Below the pieces are notes generated by a model. The model had not been told where the DNA came from, ran no database searches, and worked only from the letters and a program-made list of their open reading frames with translations. The translations under genes and the position numbers were made by a program. A DNA stretch of 53,702 bases, taken from sequence record DRR723986_8478; one strand, given 5' to 3'. Positions 9,665 through 18,694 of this stretch are shown here, in pieces. Each line of letters opens with the position of its first letter. Position 1 is the first letter of the stretch.

Positions 9665-10978
9665 TCAGCTCAAGTCCTCTACGCGAATTCGGGTCAAGGG
9701 GCCATGAACGCTGTCCAAGGCCTCAATTTTTGCGATGGCCTTGTTCACATCGCCTTCGACACAACGGTGGGTCAACAACACAATTTCAGCGGTTTCTTTT
9801 TCGCTGGTGGCCTGGCGCTGAATCATGGCTTCAATTGAAATTTGATTGTCGGCCAGCAAACGGGTGACCTCAGCCAACACACCAGGTTTGTCGTCTACTG
9901 CCAAGCGCAGGTAGAAGGCAGTCACCACCTTTTCCATGGGCAACACATCCAGGTATTGAATACCCGCTTTCTGAAAAGCCAACACGGGCACGCGGCTGGC
10001 CAAAGGAGCCTGGCTTGCGCGCGCAATTTCGATCAGGTCAGCCACCACCGCCGAGGCAGTCGGCAAACTTCCAGCGCCAGCACCGTAGTACAGGGTTGGG
10101 CCCACTGCATTGGCTTTCACCAACACTGCGTTCATGACACCTTCCACATTGGCAATCAGACGCTTGCCTGGAATCAGCGTGGGATGAACGCGCAGCTCGA
10201 TGCCTTGGTCGGTGCGCTTGGCAATGCCCAAGAGCTTGACGCGGTAGCCCAATTGCTCTGCAAACTGGATATCTTCCTTGGTCAGCTTGGTGATGCCTTC
10301 GATGTAGGCTTTCTCGAACTGAACAGGAACACCAAAAGCCAGTGAGCTCAGCAGGCTGATTTTGTGAGCCGCATCCACACCCTCGATGTCAAATGTGGGA
10401 TCCGCTTCGGCGTAACCAAATGCTTGAGCCTGCGCCAGTACGTCGGCAAAAGGCAAACCCTTGTCACGCATTTCCGACAAAATGAAATTACAAGTGCCGT
10501 TGATAATCCCCGCAACGTATTCAATCTTGTTGGCGGCAAGCCCTTCCTTGATCGACTTGATCACAGGGATGCCACCAGCCACTGCCGCTTCGAAAGCCAC
10601 CATCACATTTTTGGCTTCAGCCGCAGCAAAGATTTCATCACCATGCACTGCAAGCAAAGCCTTGTTGGCCGTGACCACATGCTTGCCTGCATTGATTGCG
10701 GCGAGCACCAGTTGCTTGGCGATTGTGTAACCACCAATCAGCTCGACCACCACGTCGATGTCGTCGCACTTCACCGCCTCGAATGCATCACCCAGTACCT
10801 CAACGCCAGGACCGGCCAGTTCGCGCGCTTTATCGGTGTTCAGGTCGGCGATGACTTTGATCTGAATGGGAAAACCCACACGACGCTCAATTTCAATCGC
10901 ATTGGTGTTCAACACATTGAATGTGCCAGAACCGACAGTACCCAAACCCAGCAGGGCCACTCGAAGAGGTTTGTTCAT
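9665..10978 (-). CDS. hom: Homoserine dehydrogenase with C-terminal ACT domain
   Basis: GLGTVG, VVTANKA, FEAAVAGGIP and GYAEADPTFD. Start taken at MNKPLRV. Confidence 0.97.
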   Translation of the reverse strand: MNKPLRVALLGLGTVGSGTFNVLNTNAIEIERRVGFPIQIKVIADLNTDKARELAGPGVEVLGDAFEAVKCDDIDVVVELIGGYTIAKQLVLAAINAGKHVVTANKALLAVHGDEIFAAAEAKNVMVAFEAAVAGGIPVIKSIKEGLAANKIEYVAGIINGTCNFILSEMRDKGLPFADVLAQAQAFGYAEADPTFDIEGVDAAHKISLLSSLAFGVPVQFEKAYIEGITKLTKEDIQFAEQLGYRVKLLGIAKRTDQGIELRVHPTLIPGKRLIANVEGVMNAVLVKANAVGPTLYYGAGAGSLPTASAVVADLIEIARASQAPLASRVPVLAFQKAGIQYLDVLPMEKVVTAFYLRLAVDDKPGVLAEVTRLLADNQISIEAMIQRQATSEKETAEIVLLTHRCVEGDVNKAIAKIEALDSVHGPLTRIRVEDLS

Positions 10979-10985
10979 TTTTAAA

Positions 10986-12212
10986 TCAGCCAAGGTGTTG
11001 TTTTCGATAACTTTCCAGGAAGCGTGCAATTCTACCAACTGCGTCCGTCAAATCATCGGTGTTGGGTAGGAAAACCACCCGGAAATGATCCGGATTAATC
11101 CAATTAAAGCCCGTGCCCTGCACTACAAGTACCTTTTCAGCTTCCAGCAACTCCAGCACAAAGCGCTGATCATTCTTGATTGGGTAAATCTTGGGGTCCA
11201 GGCGCGGAAACAGATAAAGCGCAGCTTTGGGCTTCACACAAGTGACACCTGGAATGGCGGTCATCAGGTCATAAGCCAAATCCCGCTGACGTGTCAGCCG
11301 ACCTCCAGGCCCGACCAAATCGTCGATACTTTGATAACCACCCAGCGAAGTCTGAATGGCATATTGACCAGGAACGTTGGCGCACAAGCGCATGGAAGCC
11401 ATGATTCCCAAGCCATCGATGTAATCGGTGGCATGGCGCTTGTCGCCAGAAATGACCATCCAACCTGCCCTGTACCCGCAAGCACGGTAGTTCTTGGACA
11501 AGCCGTTCATGGTAATGAAGAGCACATCGTCGGCCAGCGATGCAATCGAGGTGTGCTCGGCACCGTCATACAACATTTTGTCGTAAATTTCGTCCGCGAA
11601 AATGATGAGCTGGTGTTCACGGGCAATTTGCACCAACTCCTGCAACACCTCCTCGGGATACAAAGCGCCCGTTGGGTTGTTGGGGTTGATGATCACCATG
11701 GCCTTGGTTTTCTCGTTGATCAGGCTGCGAAGGTGTTTGGTGTCAGGATACCAGTCGCTTTGCTCATCGCACAGGTAGTGGCGTGGCGTACCGCCGGAAA
11801 TGCTCACAGCAGCTGTCCACAAGGGATAATCAGGCGCGGGCACCAGTACTTCATCTCCGTTGTTCAGCAAGCCCTGCATGCTCATCACGATAAGCTCGGA
11901 TACACCATTGCCAACGATGATGTCATCCAGTGTTACACCCTTGATTTTCTTTTGCTGGGTGTAATGCATGATCGCTTTGCGCGCTGCAAACAAACCCTTG
12001 CTGTCACTGTAACCCGAGGCATCGCCCAGATTCATGATCACATCTTGTCGAACCTCATCGGGTGCTTCAAAACCGAAAGGCGCCAAATTACCAATATTCA
12101 GCTTCAGGATACGGTGCCCCTCCTCTTCCAGCTGACGCGCTCGCTGCATCACCGGTCCGCGGATGTCATAGCAAACATTGGCCAGCTTGGCAGATTTGAG
12201 AATGGGTTTCAT
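10986..12212 (-). CDS. alaA: Glutamate-pyruvate aminotransferase (AlaA/YfbQ family)
   Basis: KLANVCYDIRGPV, NPNNPTG, DEIYD and NGLSKNYRACGYRAGW. Confidence 0.93.
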   Translation of the reverse strand: MKPILKSAKLANVCYDIRGPVMQRARQLEEEGHRILKLNIGNLAPFGFEAPDEVRQDVIMNLGDASGYSDSKGLFAARKAIMHYTQQKKIKGVTLDDIIVGNGVSELIVMSMQGLLNNGDEVLVPAPDYPLWTAAVSISGGTPRHYLCDEQSDWYPDTKHLRSLINEKTKAMVIINPNNPTGALYPEEVLQELVQIAREHQLIIFADEIYDKMLYDGAEHTSIASLADDVLFITMNGLSKNYRACGYRAGWMVISGDKRHATDYIDGLGIMASMRLCANVPGQYAIQTSLGGYQSIDDLVGPGGRLTRQRDLAYDLMTAIPGVTCVKPKAALYLFPRLDPKIYPIKNDQRFVLELLEAEKVLVVQGTGFNWINPDHFRVVFLPNTDDLTDAVGRIARFLESYRKQHLG

Positions 12213-12341
12213 GTCGACCTGTGTGTGGATTGTTGTGTTGGTTATTAATGTGCTTATTCTTTTGCTTGCGCAAAGTCTTATAATTTAACCGTTTAGGCCA
12301 GTGGCTGCTAGGCTTTGGCCCCATCCTGGAGCATCTTTCGA

Positions 12342-12719
12342 ATGAAATTTCAACCTGAATCGCTCGACAATCAATTCGTCGTTCAGCGGTATGACGAAGA
12401 AGGTGTCGTGATCAGCGGCAGGCTTCAAACTGAAAGCGTGGTATTTGGCACCGATTTCACACCCAGAATCTGGGAAAACGCGGGCTCGGGCCCACTGCAA
12501 TTGGCTCACTGCGAATGGCTATATGGCCAGTGCCCCGATAGCATGGAAGTGCTACTAATTGGCACAGGGGCCAAACAGGTGTTTCCCGGCATGGACATTC
12601 GCAAGTTTTTCGCCAACAAACGCTGCCCGGTTGAGTACATGGACAGTCAGGCTGCCTGCCGCACTTACAATATTTTGATCGGTGAAGGCCGGCATGTGAT
12701 TGCCGCGATTCTGCTATGA
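12342..12719 (+). CDS. Mth938-like (DUF498/598) protein
   Basis: EVLLIGTG...EYMDSQAACRTYNILIGEGRHV family signature. Confidence 0.9.
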   Translation: MKFQPESLDNQFVVQRYDEEGVVISGRLQTESVVFGTDFTPRIWENAGSGPLQLAHCEWLYGQCPDSMEVLLIGTGAKQVFPGMDIRKFFANKRCPVEYMDSQAACRTYNILIGEGRHVIAAILL

Positions 12720-13087
12720 CCACCTATGCTGCAGTTTTAGTGCTCTCGGGCGTAATTTTGAATGCGCTGGCCCAGCTGCTGTTAAAAATGGCGACCAACA
12801 AGGTTGGTGTGATCGAGGCCTCCAGTGCGCTGAGCCTGGGCGCCATGTCAGCTTTGTTCTTGCAGTGGCCAATGATTTTGGGGCTGTTTTGCTACGGATT
12901 TTCACTGCTCATTTGGCTAATGGCGCTTTCACGGGTCGATGTAACACTGGCCTACCCTATGCTGGCCATTGGTTATGTGATCAATGCCTTTGCGGCGCAA
13001 TACTTCCTCAATGAACCTGTGAGCCTGCAGCGCTGGGTGGCGATCGGAGTGATCGTACTGGGTGTGGCGCTTTTGGCGCGTTCCTGA
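12716..13087 (+). CDS. SMR/EamA-family small membrane transporter (ArnE/ArnF/ArnG-like)
   Basis: 123 aa with 4 TMs, AQLLLK, ALSRVDVTLAYP and FLNEPVS. ATGA overlap with the upstream gene. Confidence 0.85.
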   Translation: MTTYAAVLVLSGVILNALAQLLLKMATNKVGVIEASSALSLGAMSALFLQWPMILGLFCYGFSLLIWLMALSRVDVTLAYPMLAIGYVINAFAAQYFLNEPVSLQRWVAIGVIVLGVALLARS

Positions 13088-13168
13088 CACTTCCTGCATT
13101 TTGCTGTCAGAAGCTGTGGGTATACTGAACAAAACATGCACAACAACCACACCTCAGGGAGCAGTACC

Positions 13169-13639
13169 GTGTCACTTGAAGTCAATAGCAAAGTGCCTGA
13201 TTTTTCAGCCACTTGCACAGGCGGCGCCAATTTCACCCTGTCAGCCCATGCTGGCAAAAACCTGATTATTTATTTTTACCCCAAAGACAGCACACCGGGC
13301 TGCACCACCGAGGGTGAAAACTTTCGTGATCTACACTCCGAGTTCCTGAAGGCCGACTGCCTCGTTTTTGGTGTATCACGCGATTCACTGAAATCGCATG
13401 AAAACTTCAAAGCCAAACTGGAATTGCCGTTTGAATTGATTTCAGATCCAGACGAGAAGGTATGCACAATTTTCGACGTGATGAAAATGAAAAACATGTA
13501 CGGCAAACAAGTACGTGGCGTAGAAAGAAGTACCTTTGTAATCAACAAGAAGGGCATTCTTGTGCAAGAGTGGCGCGGCTTGAAGGTGCCGGGTCATGCA
13601 CAAGCGGTGCTTGACTTTGTACGCACAATCGGGGACTAA
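13169..13639 (+). CDS. bcp: Peroxiredoxin BCP/PrxQ
   Basis: YFYPKDSTPGCTTE and ERSTFVI. GTG 13169 is preceded by GGGAG; ATG 13136 is an alternative. Confidence 0.93.
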   Translation: MSLEVNSKVPDFSATCTGGANFTLSAHAGKNLIIYFYPKDSTPGCTTEGENFRDLHSEFLKADCLVFGVSRDSLKSHENFKAKLELPFELISDPDEKVCTIFDVMKMKNMYGKQVRGVERSTFVINKKGILVQEWRGLKVPGHAQAVLDFVRTIGD

Positions 13640-13706
13640 TATCCTCACGGGCGCGGGAGTGACGACCCTGCGCGATTTATGAGCTTCCTACTTCAGATCG
13701 TTGACA

Positions 13707-15362
13707 ATGCCTCTGCCCAAAGAACCCAGCAAACCAGCAACTACACTGAACGAAATTCCTCCAATCGCGGCACCAAAAACGAAGAAGCCGGCCAAGAAAA
13801 TTGATGTCCCAGACACCATTAATGCAACTGCCAAAGCGCCCCTGACCCTGGCGGCCGACAACACGGTTACGGCCAAAGCGCCATCCACAAGCCGCTCGCG
13901 AAACCTTCCAGCAGCAGCGTCGGGCAAAACGCGCAAGCCAGTTGCCACCCCCATGGCCAAAACCAAGCGGCAAGTCACTCACACCGGCAAGAAAATTTTT
14001 GTTCTTGACACCAACGTCTTGATGCACGACCCGACGTCGCTGTTCCGTTTTGAGGAACACGATGTATTTTTGCCGCTGATTACGCTTGAAGAACTGGATA
14101 ACCACAAAAAAGGCATGTCCGAGGTAGCCCGCCATGCACGGCAAGTGAGCCGTTCGCTAGATGCATTGATGGAGAACATCGAAGACATCGAAAAGGGTGT
14201 GGCGCTGGACCGGCTGGGCAACGTGGACGCCCTGGGACGCTTGCTGGTGCAAACCACTGAATTGGCCGCCGAGTTACCGAAAACATTGCCCGTGGGCAAA
14301 GCCGACAACCAGATTCTCGGCGTGGTGTTTGCACTCAGTAAACAACACCCGGATCGCGAAGTAGCGTTGGTCTCGAAAGACATCAATATGCGCATCAAGG
14401 CCCGCGCTTTGGGCCTGCTGGCTGAAGATTACTTCAACGATCAGGTGCTGGAAGACCGTGATCTGCTGTATTCGGGCATCATGGAACTGCCCGCAGATTT
14501 CTGGGAAAAGAACAGCAAAGGCATTGAAAGCTGGCAACAAGGTGGGAGCACCTTCTACCGCATTAGCGGCCCCGCCGTAAAAGACATGATGGTGAACCAG
14601 TTCGTCTACTGCGAAACTGGAATTCCATTGATCGCCCAGGTACTTGAAGTAAGCGGCAGAAGTGCTGTACTGAAAACACTGCGCGACTTTAGCCACAACA
14701 AAAACAGCGTATGGGGCATTACCGCGCGAAACCGCGAACAAAACTTCGCACTGAACTTGCTCATGAACCCGGAATGCGACTTTGTGACACTGTTGGGACA
14801 GGCCGGTACAGGCAAAACCCTGCTGGCCCTGGCTGCAGGTTTGTCGCAAGTACTTGAAAGCAAGCAATACTCTGAAATTATCGTGACCCGCGCCACAGTG
14901 CCGGTCGGTGAAGACATCGGCTTTTTGCCAGGTACGGAAGAGGAAAAAATGGCCCCTTGGATGGGCGCTTTTGAAGACAACTTGGAAGTACTGAACAAAC
15001 CCGACCCAAGCAGTGGCGACTGGGGACGCTCGGCGACCACAGATTTGATCCGCACCAAGATCCGCATCAAATCAATGAACTTCATGCGCGGCCGCACCTT
15101 CATCAACAAGTTTTTGATTATTGATGAAGCGCAAAACCTGTCGCCCAAGCAAATGAAAACCCTGATCACACGTGCCGGTCCCGGTACCAAGGTAATCTGT
15201 TTGGGTAACCTGGCGCAAATTGATACGCCTTACTTGACTGAAGGCTCTTCAGGCCTGACGTATGTGGTGGATCGATTCAAGGGCTGGCCACATGCTGGGC
15301 ACATCACACTGCAGCGTGGTGAGCGTTCACGATTGGCTGACTTTGCGTCAGATAACCTTTGA
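13707..15362 (+). CDS. PIN-domain PhoH-family ATPase (PhoH2-like)
   Basis: PIN motif VLDTNVLMHD..ADNQIL..SKD, Walker A GQAGTGKT, FMRGRT and IDEAQN. The N-terminal ~95 aa are Pro/Ala/Lys/Thr-rich. Confidence 0.93.
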   Translation: MPLPKEPSKPATTLNEIPPIAAPKTKKPAKKIDVPDTINATAKAPLTLAADNTVTAKAPSTSRSRNLPAAASGKTRKPVATPMAKTKRQVTHTGKKIFVLDTNVLMHDPTSLFRFEEHDVFLPLITLEELDNHKKGMSEVARHARQVSRSLDALMENIEDIEKGVALDRLGNVDALGRLLVQTTELAAELPKTLPVGKADNQILGVVFALSKQHPDREVALVSKDINMRIKARALGLLAEDYFNDQVLEDRDLLYSGIMELPADFWEKNSKGIESWQQGGSTFYRISGPAVKDMMVNQFVYCETGIPLIAQVLEVSGRSAVLKTLRDFSHNKNSVWGITARNREQNFALNLLMNPECDFVTLLGQAGTGKTLLALAAGLSQVLESKQYSEIIVTRATVPVGEDIGFLPGTEEEKMAPWMGAFEDNLEVLNKPDPSSGDWGRSATTDLIRTKIRIKSMNFMRGRTFINKFLIIDEAQNLSPKQMKTLITRAGPGTKVICLGNLAQIDTPYLTEGSSGLTYVVDRFKGWPHAGHITLQRGERSRLADFASDNL

Positions 15363-15371
15363 TGTGTTGAT

Positions 15372-15395
15372 GGGCATGTGAGAAATTACATGCCC
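15372..15395. other. Inverted repeat (possible hairpin) between convergent phoH and dnaB
   Basis: GGGCATGT-N8-ACATGCCC with no U-tract. Confidence 0.4.
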
Positions 15396-15488
15396 CATTG
15401 ATGCATTCCCGAAGTTGGAACACTTTGCTTCAGGCGGGGTGATATTGTGCATCAAACCGATCGAATCACTGATGCCAAAGCAATAGCC

Positions 15489-16874
15489 TCACTCCCCTTC
15501 CGGCTGCATCCCTGCGTAGTTCTCAAACTTGGTGTACATGCCCAGGAAGGTTACCCGCACGGTACCAATTGGACCGTTACGCTGCTTACCAATAATGATC
15601 TCAGCCGTGCCTTTGTCAGGTGAATCAGGGTTGTACACCTCATCACGGTAAATGAACAAAATCACGTCGGCATCCTGCTCAATGGCGCCCGATTCTCGCA
15701 GATCACTCATCACCGGGCGTTTGTTTGGCCGCTGTTCCAGCGAGCGGTTCAGCTGCGAAAGCGCGATCACCGGGCAGTTCAATTCTTTTGCCAAACCTTT
15801 CAATGAACGTGAAATTTCTGAAATTTCAGTGGCACGGTTTTCACCCGGAGACGAAGAACCCATCAACTGCAAATAGTCGATGATCACCAAACCAAGCTGA
15901 CCACACTGGCGTGCCAAGCGCCGGCAACGCGCGCGCACTTCCATCGAAGACAAGGCGGGGGTTTCATCAATAAACAGCTGTGCATTCTGCATCTTCTCAA
16001 CTGCGTAGGTCAGTCGCGGCCAGTCCTCATCCGTCAATCGCCCAGTTCTTAGGCGATGTTGATCCAAACGCCCCACGGAACCCAGCAAACGCATCGCCAA
16101 TTGGGTGGCACCCATTTCCATGGAGAACACAGCCACTGCATGCCCCTCTTCCACAGCCACATGTTCGCCAATATTCAAGCTGAATGCTGTCTTCCCCATT
16201 GAGGGTCTTCCGGCAACAATAATCAAGTCACCGGGCTGCAAGCCCGATGTTTTGCTGTCCAAGTCTACGAAACCGGTAGAAATACCCGTGATGTCACTGG
16301 TGCTGTCGCGGTGATAAAGCTCATCAATTCTCTCCACCACTTTACTGAGTACGGGCTGAAGGTCTTGAAAGCCGCCGGCACCACGGGCACCATCTTCCGC
16401 GATCTTGAATATCTTGCTTTCCGCTTCATCCAAGATGGTTTTGGTGTCTTTGCCTTGCGGGTTCAAGGCGGTGGTCGCGATGTCGTCGCTGATTGTTATC
16501 AGCCTGCGCAACACGGCGCGGTCGCGCACAATTTCCGCGTATCGGCGAATGTTGGCAGCAGATGGCGTATTGGTGGCCAAAGTGTTCAAGTAGGCCAAAC
16601 CACCCACATCTTCAGCCTTGCCGGAGGACTGCAGCGATTCATACACAGTAATGACGTCAGCCGGTTTGGAGCCGTCAATCAGCTTGGCAATGTGCTCAAA
16701 AATAACCCGGTGATCGTAGCGGTAAAAATCTTCGGCGCGAATCACATCGCCAATTTTGTCCCAGGCCTGGTTGTCCAGCAGCAAGCCGCCCACCACCGAC
16801 TGCTCGGATTCGAGCGAGTGGGGCGGAACACGCAGGCCCGTCATTTCTTGTTCTGTAAGTCGATTCTCGGACAT
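15489..16874 (-). CDS. dnaB: Replicative DNA helicase
   Basis: PPHSLESEQSVVGGLL, AGRPSMGKT, IDYLQLM, LSQLNR and SDLRESGAIEQDAD. No intein. Start taken at MSENRL. Confidence 0.98.
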   Translation of the reverse strand: MSENRLTEQEMTGLRVPPHSLESEQSVVGGLLLDNQAWDKIGDVIRAEDFYRYDHRVIFEHIAKLIDGSKPADVITVYESLQSSGKAEDVGGLAYLNTLATNTPSAANIRRYAEIVRDRAVLRRLITISDDIATTALNPQGKDTKTILDEAESKIFKIAEDGARGAGGFQDLQPVLSKVVERIDELYHRDSTSDITGISTGFVDLDSKTSGLQPGDLIIVAGRPSMGKTAFSLNIGEHVAVEEGHAVAVFSMEMGATQLAMRLLGSVGRLDQHRLRTGRLTDEDWPRLTYAVEKMQNAQLFIDETPALSSMEVRARCRRLARQCGQLGLVIIDYLQLMGSSSPGENRATEISEISRSLKGLAKELNCPVIALSQLNRSLEQRPNKRPVMSDLRESGAIEQDADVILFIYRDEVYNPDSPDKGTAEIIIGKQRNGPIGTVRVTFLGMYTKFENYAGMQPEGE

Positions 16875-16887
16875 AGTTTCGCAATAG

Positions 16888-16916
16888 AAAAAGGCCACCC
16901 TGAGGTGACCTTTTTT
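16888..16916. terminator. Rho-independent terminator-like hairpin downstream of rplI
   Basis: AAAAAGGCCACCCTGAGGTGACCTTTTTT, with a GC stem flanked by A and T tracts. Confidence 0.75.
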
Positions 16917-17008
16917 GTGGGTTCAGGCAGACCGAAAAGTATAACCGAATGTGGTTAAACCCTAGGGTCTAATTCGCCTTAAAACCGGGTATGGCTGAAG
17001 CGCTTTGA

Positions 17009-17461
17009 TTAAGCTGCTTCGCCAGCCACCACAACTTTCACGTCTACAACCACGTCAGGGTGCAGGGCAACAGTCACAGTGTGCTCGCCAGCAATTTTCA
17101 GCGCGCCGTTGGGCATGCGTACTTGTGCTTTCTCAACTTTCAGGCCAGAAGCATTCAGTGCGGCAGCGATGTCGTGATTGGTTACCGAACCAAACAAACG
17201 GCCGTCCACAGCAGCTTTTTCGCTCAGCTGAACGGTGGTTTCACTCAACTTGGCACCCAGGGCTTGGGCGGCGGCCAGCTTTTCAGCAGCAGCTTTTTCC
17301 AGTTCGGCGCGGCGAGCCTGGAATTCGGCGATTGCTGATTCTGTGGCGCGCTTGGCTTTGCCATAAGGAATCAGGAAGTTACGTGCGTAGCCGTCTTTTA
17401 CGCGAACCACGTCACCCAGTTGACCCAAGTTGGGCATTTTTTCAAGAAGAATTACTTGCAT
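17009..17461 (-). CDS. rplI: 50S ribosomal protein L9
   Basis: [29 protein letters not shown] and GRLFGSV. Confidence 0.99.
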   Translation of the reverse strand: MQVILLEKMPNLGQLGDVVRVKDGYARNFLIPYGKAKRATESAIAEFQARRAELEKAAAEKLAAAQALGAKLSETTVQLSEKAAVDGRLFGSVTNHDIAAALNASGLKVEKAQVRMPNGALKIAGEHTVTVALHPDVVVDVKVVVAGEAA

Positions 17462-17479
17462 GGTGTTCTCCCGTACTGC

Positions 17480-17749
17480 TTAGTGGTTGTCGGTGTAAGG
17501 CAGCAAAGCCAGGAAACGTGCGCGCTTGATCGCTGTGTCCAACTGGCGCTGATAGTTCGCCTTGGTACCAGTGATACGAGCGGGCATGATCTTGCCGTTT
17601 TCGCTGATGAAATCCTTGAGCGTGTCGATGTCTTTGTAATCGATTTGCTCTACCTTGCCCACTGTGAAGCGGCAAAACTTCTTGCGCTTGAACAAGGGGT
17701 TCTGTTGTGGACGACGTCCCTTGCGATCATTTTTACGACCAAAAGCCAT
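17480..17749 (-). CDS. rpsR: 30S ribosomal protein S18
   Basis: [39 protein letters not shown]. Confidence 0.99.
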   Translation of the reverse strand: MAFGRKNDRKGRRPQQNPLFKRKKFCRFTVGKVEQIDYKDIDTLKDFISENGKIMPARITGTKANYQRQLDTAIKRARFLALLPYTDNH

Positions 17750-17774
17750 AATATTCTCCAACTATTTCAAGTCT

Positions 17775-18125
17775 TCAACATTCGCGCACTGCGCAAACAT
17801 GGAATCGAAGACTTTTTGATTTGTGCGAACGAAGCGCTATGAATCCGGTCCAGTTTTTCAAGCTTCCCACTTCAAGGCCACTGACCTGATTGGCTACCAC
17901 ACCCAGCGCAACCGCTGAAACTGTGCACTTCACCATTCTTGGCTTGCTGGCTTCAAGCTGCTCACTGTCGTGCTCAAGCTCGAATTCGCAAATGGGCAAA
18001 CCTGCCGGGGTGTATCGCAATATTGATTTTGCAACCAATGTGGCGGTCAAGGTGAACTGGTTAATGCCAGCCTTTCCTTCTTCCCCAAACTTGTCTGAAT
18101 TTTCCGCTGCTTCCTCCTGATTCAT
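17775..18125 (-). CDS. priB: Primosomal replication protein N
   Basis: LRYTPAGLPICEFELEHDSEQLEA and position between rpsF and rpsR. Start taken at ATG 18125. Confidence 0.92.
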   Translation of the reverse strand: MNQEEAAENSDKFGEEGKAGINQFTLTATLVAKSILRYTPAGLPICEFELEHDSEQLEASKPRMVKCTVSAVALGVVANQVSGLEVGSLKNWTGFIALRSHKSKSLRFHVCAVREC

Positions 18126-18150
18126 TGATTCAGTGTTGCGTGTTGACGAT

Positions 18151-18555
18151 TTACTCGTCGTCACCTTCGTCTGAATCAGAACTGTCGTCGTTTGAAGACG
18201 CAGTGGCAGAAGCGGCTTTACGCTCTTGCTCACGCTGAACTTCCTTCATCATTGGAGAAGGCGCGGTTTCAGCTTTTTTCATCTTCACAGTCAAGTGACG
18301 CAGTACGGCGTCGTTGAATTTGAACGCAGTTTCCAGTTCCTCGAGAACTTCCTGGCTGCATTCAATGTTCAACAACACATAGTGTGCTTTGGCCAGCTTC
18401 TGGATTGGGTAGGCCAATTGGCGACGACCCCAATCTTCATGGCGGTGTACTTTTCCGCCGTTGGCTTCGATGGTTCCACGATACTTCTCAACCATGGCAG
18501 GCACTTGCTCGCTTTGGTCGGGATGCACGATGAAAGCAATTTCATAGTGACGCAT
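18151..18555 (-). CDS. rpsF: 30S ribosomal protein S6
   Basis: [33 protein letters not shown] and [17 protein letters not shown]. Confidence 0.99.
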   Translation of the reverse strand: MRHYEIAFIVHPDQSEQVPAMVEKYRGTIEANGGKVHRHEDWGRRQLAYPIQKLAKAHYVLLNIECSQEVLEELETAFKFNDAVLRHLTVKMKKAETAPSPMMKEVQREQERKAASATASSNDDSSDSDEGDDE

Positions 18556-18622
18556 TGATAAACTCCTATGGATTTTCCACAATTGGAAAAGCCGCCACAC
18601 CCCCGTGGTGCAGCAGCAGGTA
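18556..18622 (-). ncRNA. Structured rpsF 5' leader, probable S6:S18 autoregulatory element
   Basis: The transcript can form an 11-bp stem (GCUGCUGCACC/GGUGUGGCGGC) and a second hairpin (UUUUCCA/UGGAAAA). A CCA (CCR) linker sits just before the AGGAG SD, and a 5' CCU can pair with the SD. Confidence 0.6.
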
Positions 18623-18629
18623 ACCCGAA

Positions 18630-18658
18630 ATTATAGTGGGTTTTCAAGAAACAGGCAA
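18630..18658 (-). promoter_or_regulatory. sigma70 promoter of the rpsF operon
   Basis: TTGCCT-N17-TATAAT on the minus strand. Confidence 0.75.
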
Positions 18659-18694
18659 CGGCCTATAGTTGCCAACTGCCCAAAACACAGAAAT

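Noticed and set aside
11085..12248. 387-aa plus-strand ORF
   Set aside because: Antisense shadow of alaA, attributable to codon bias. No recognisable protein features.
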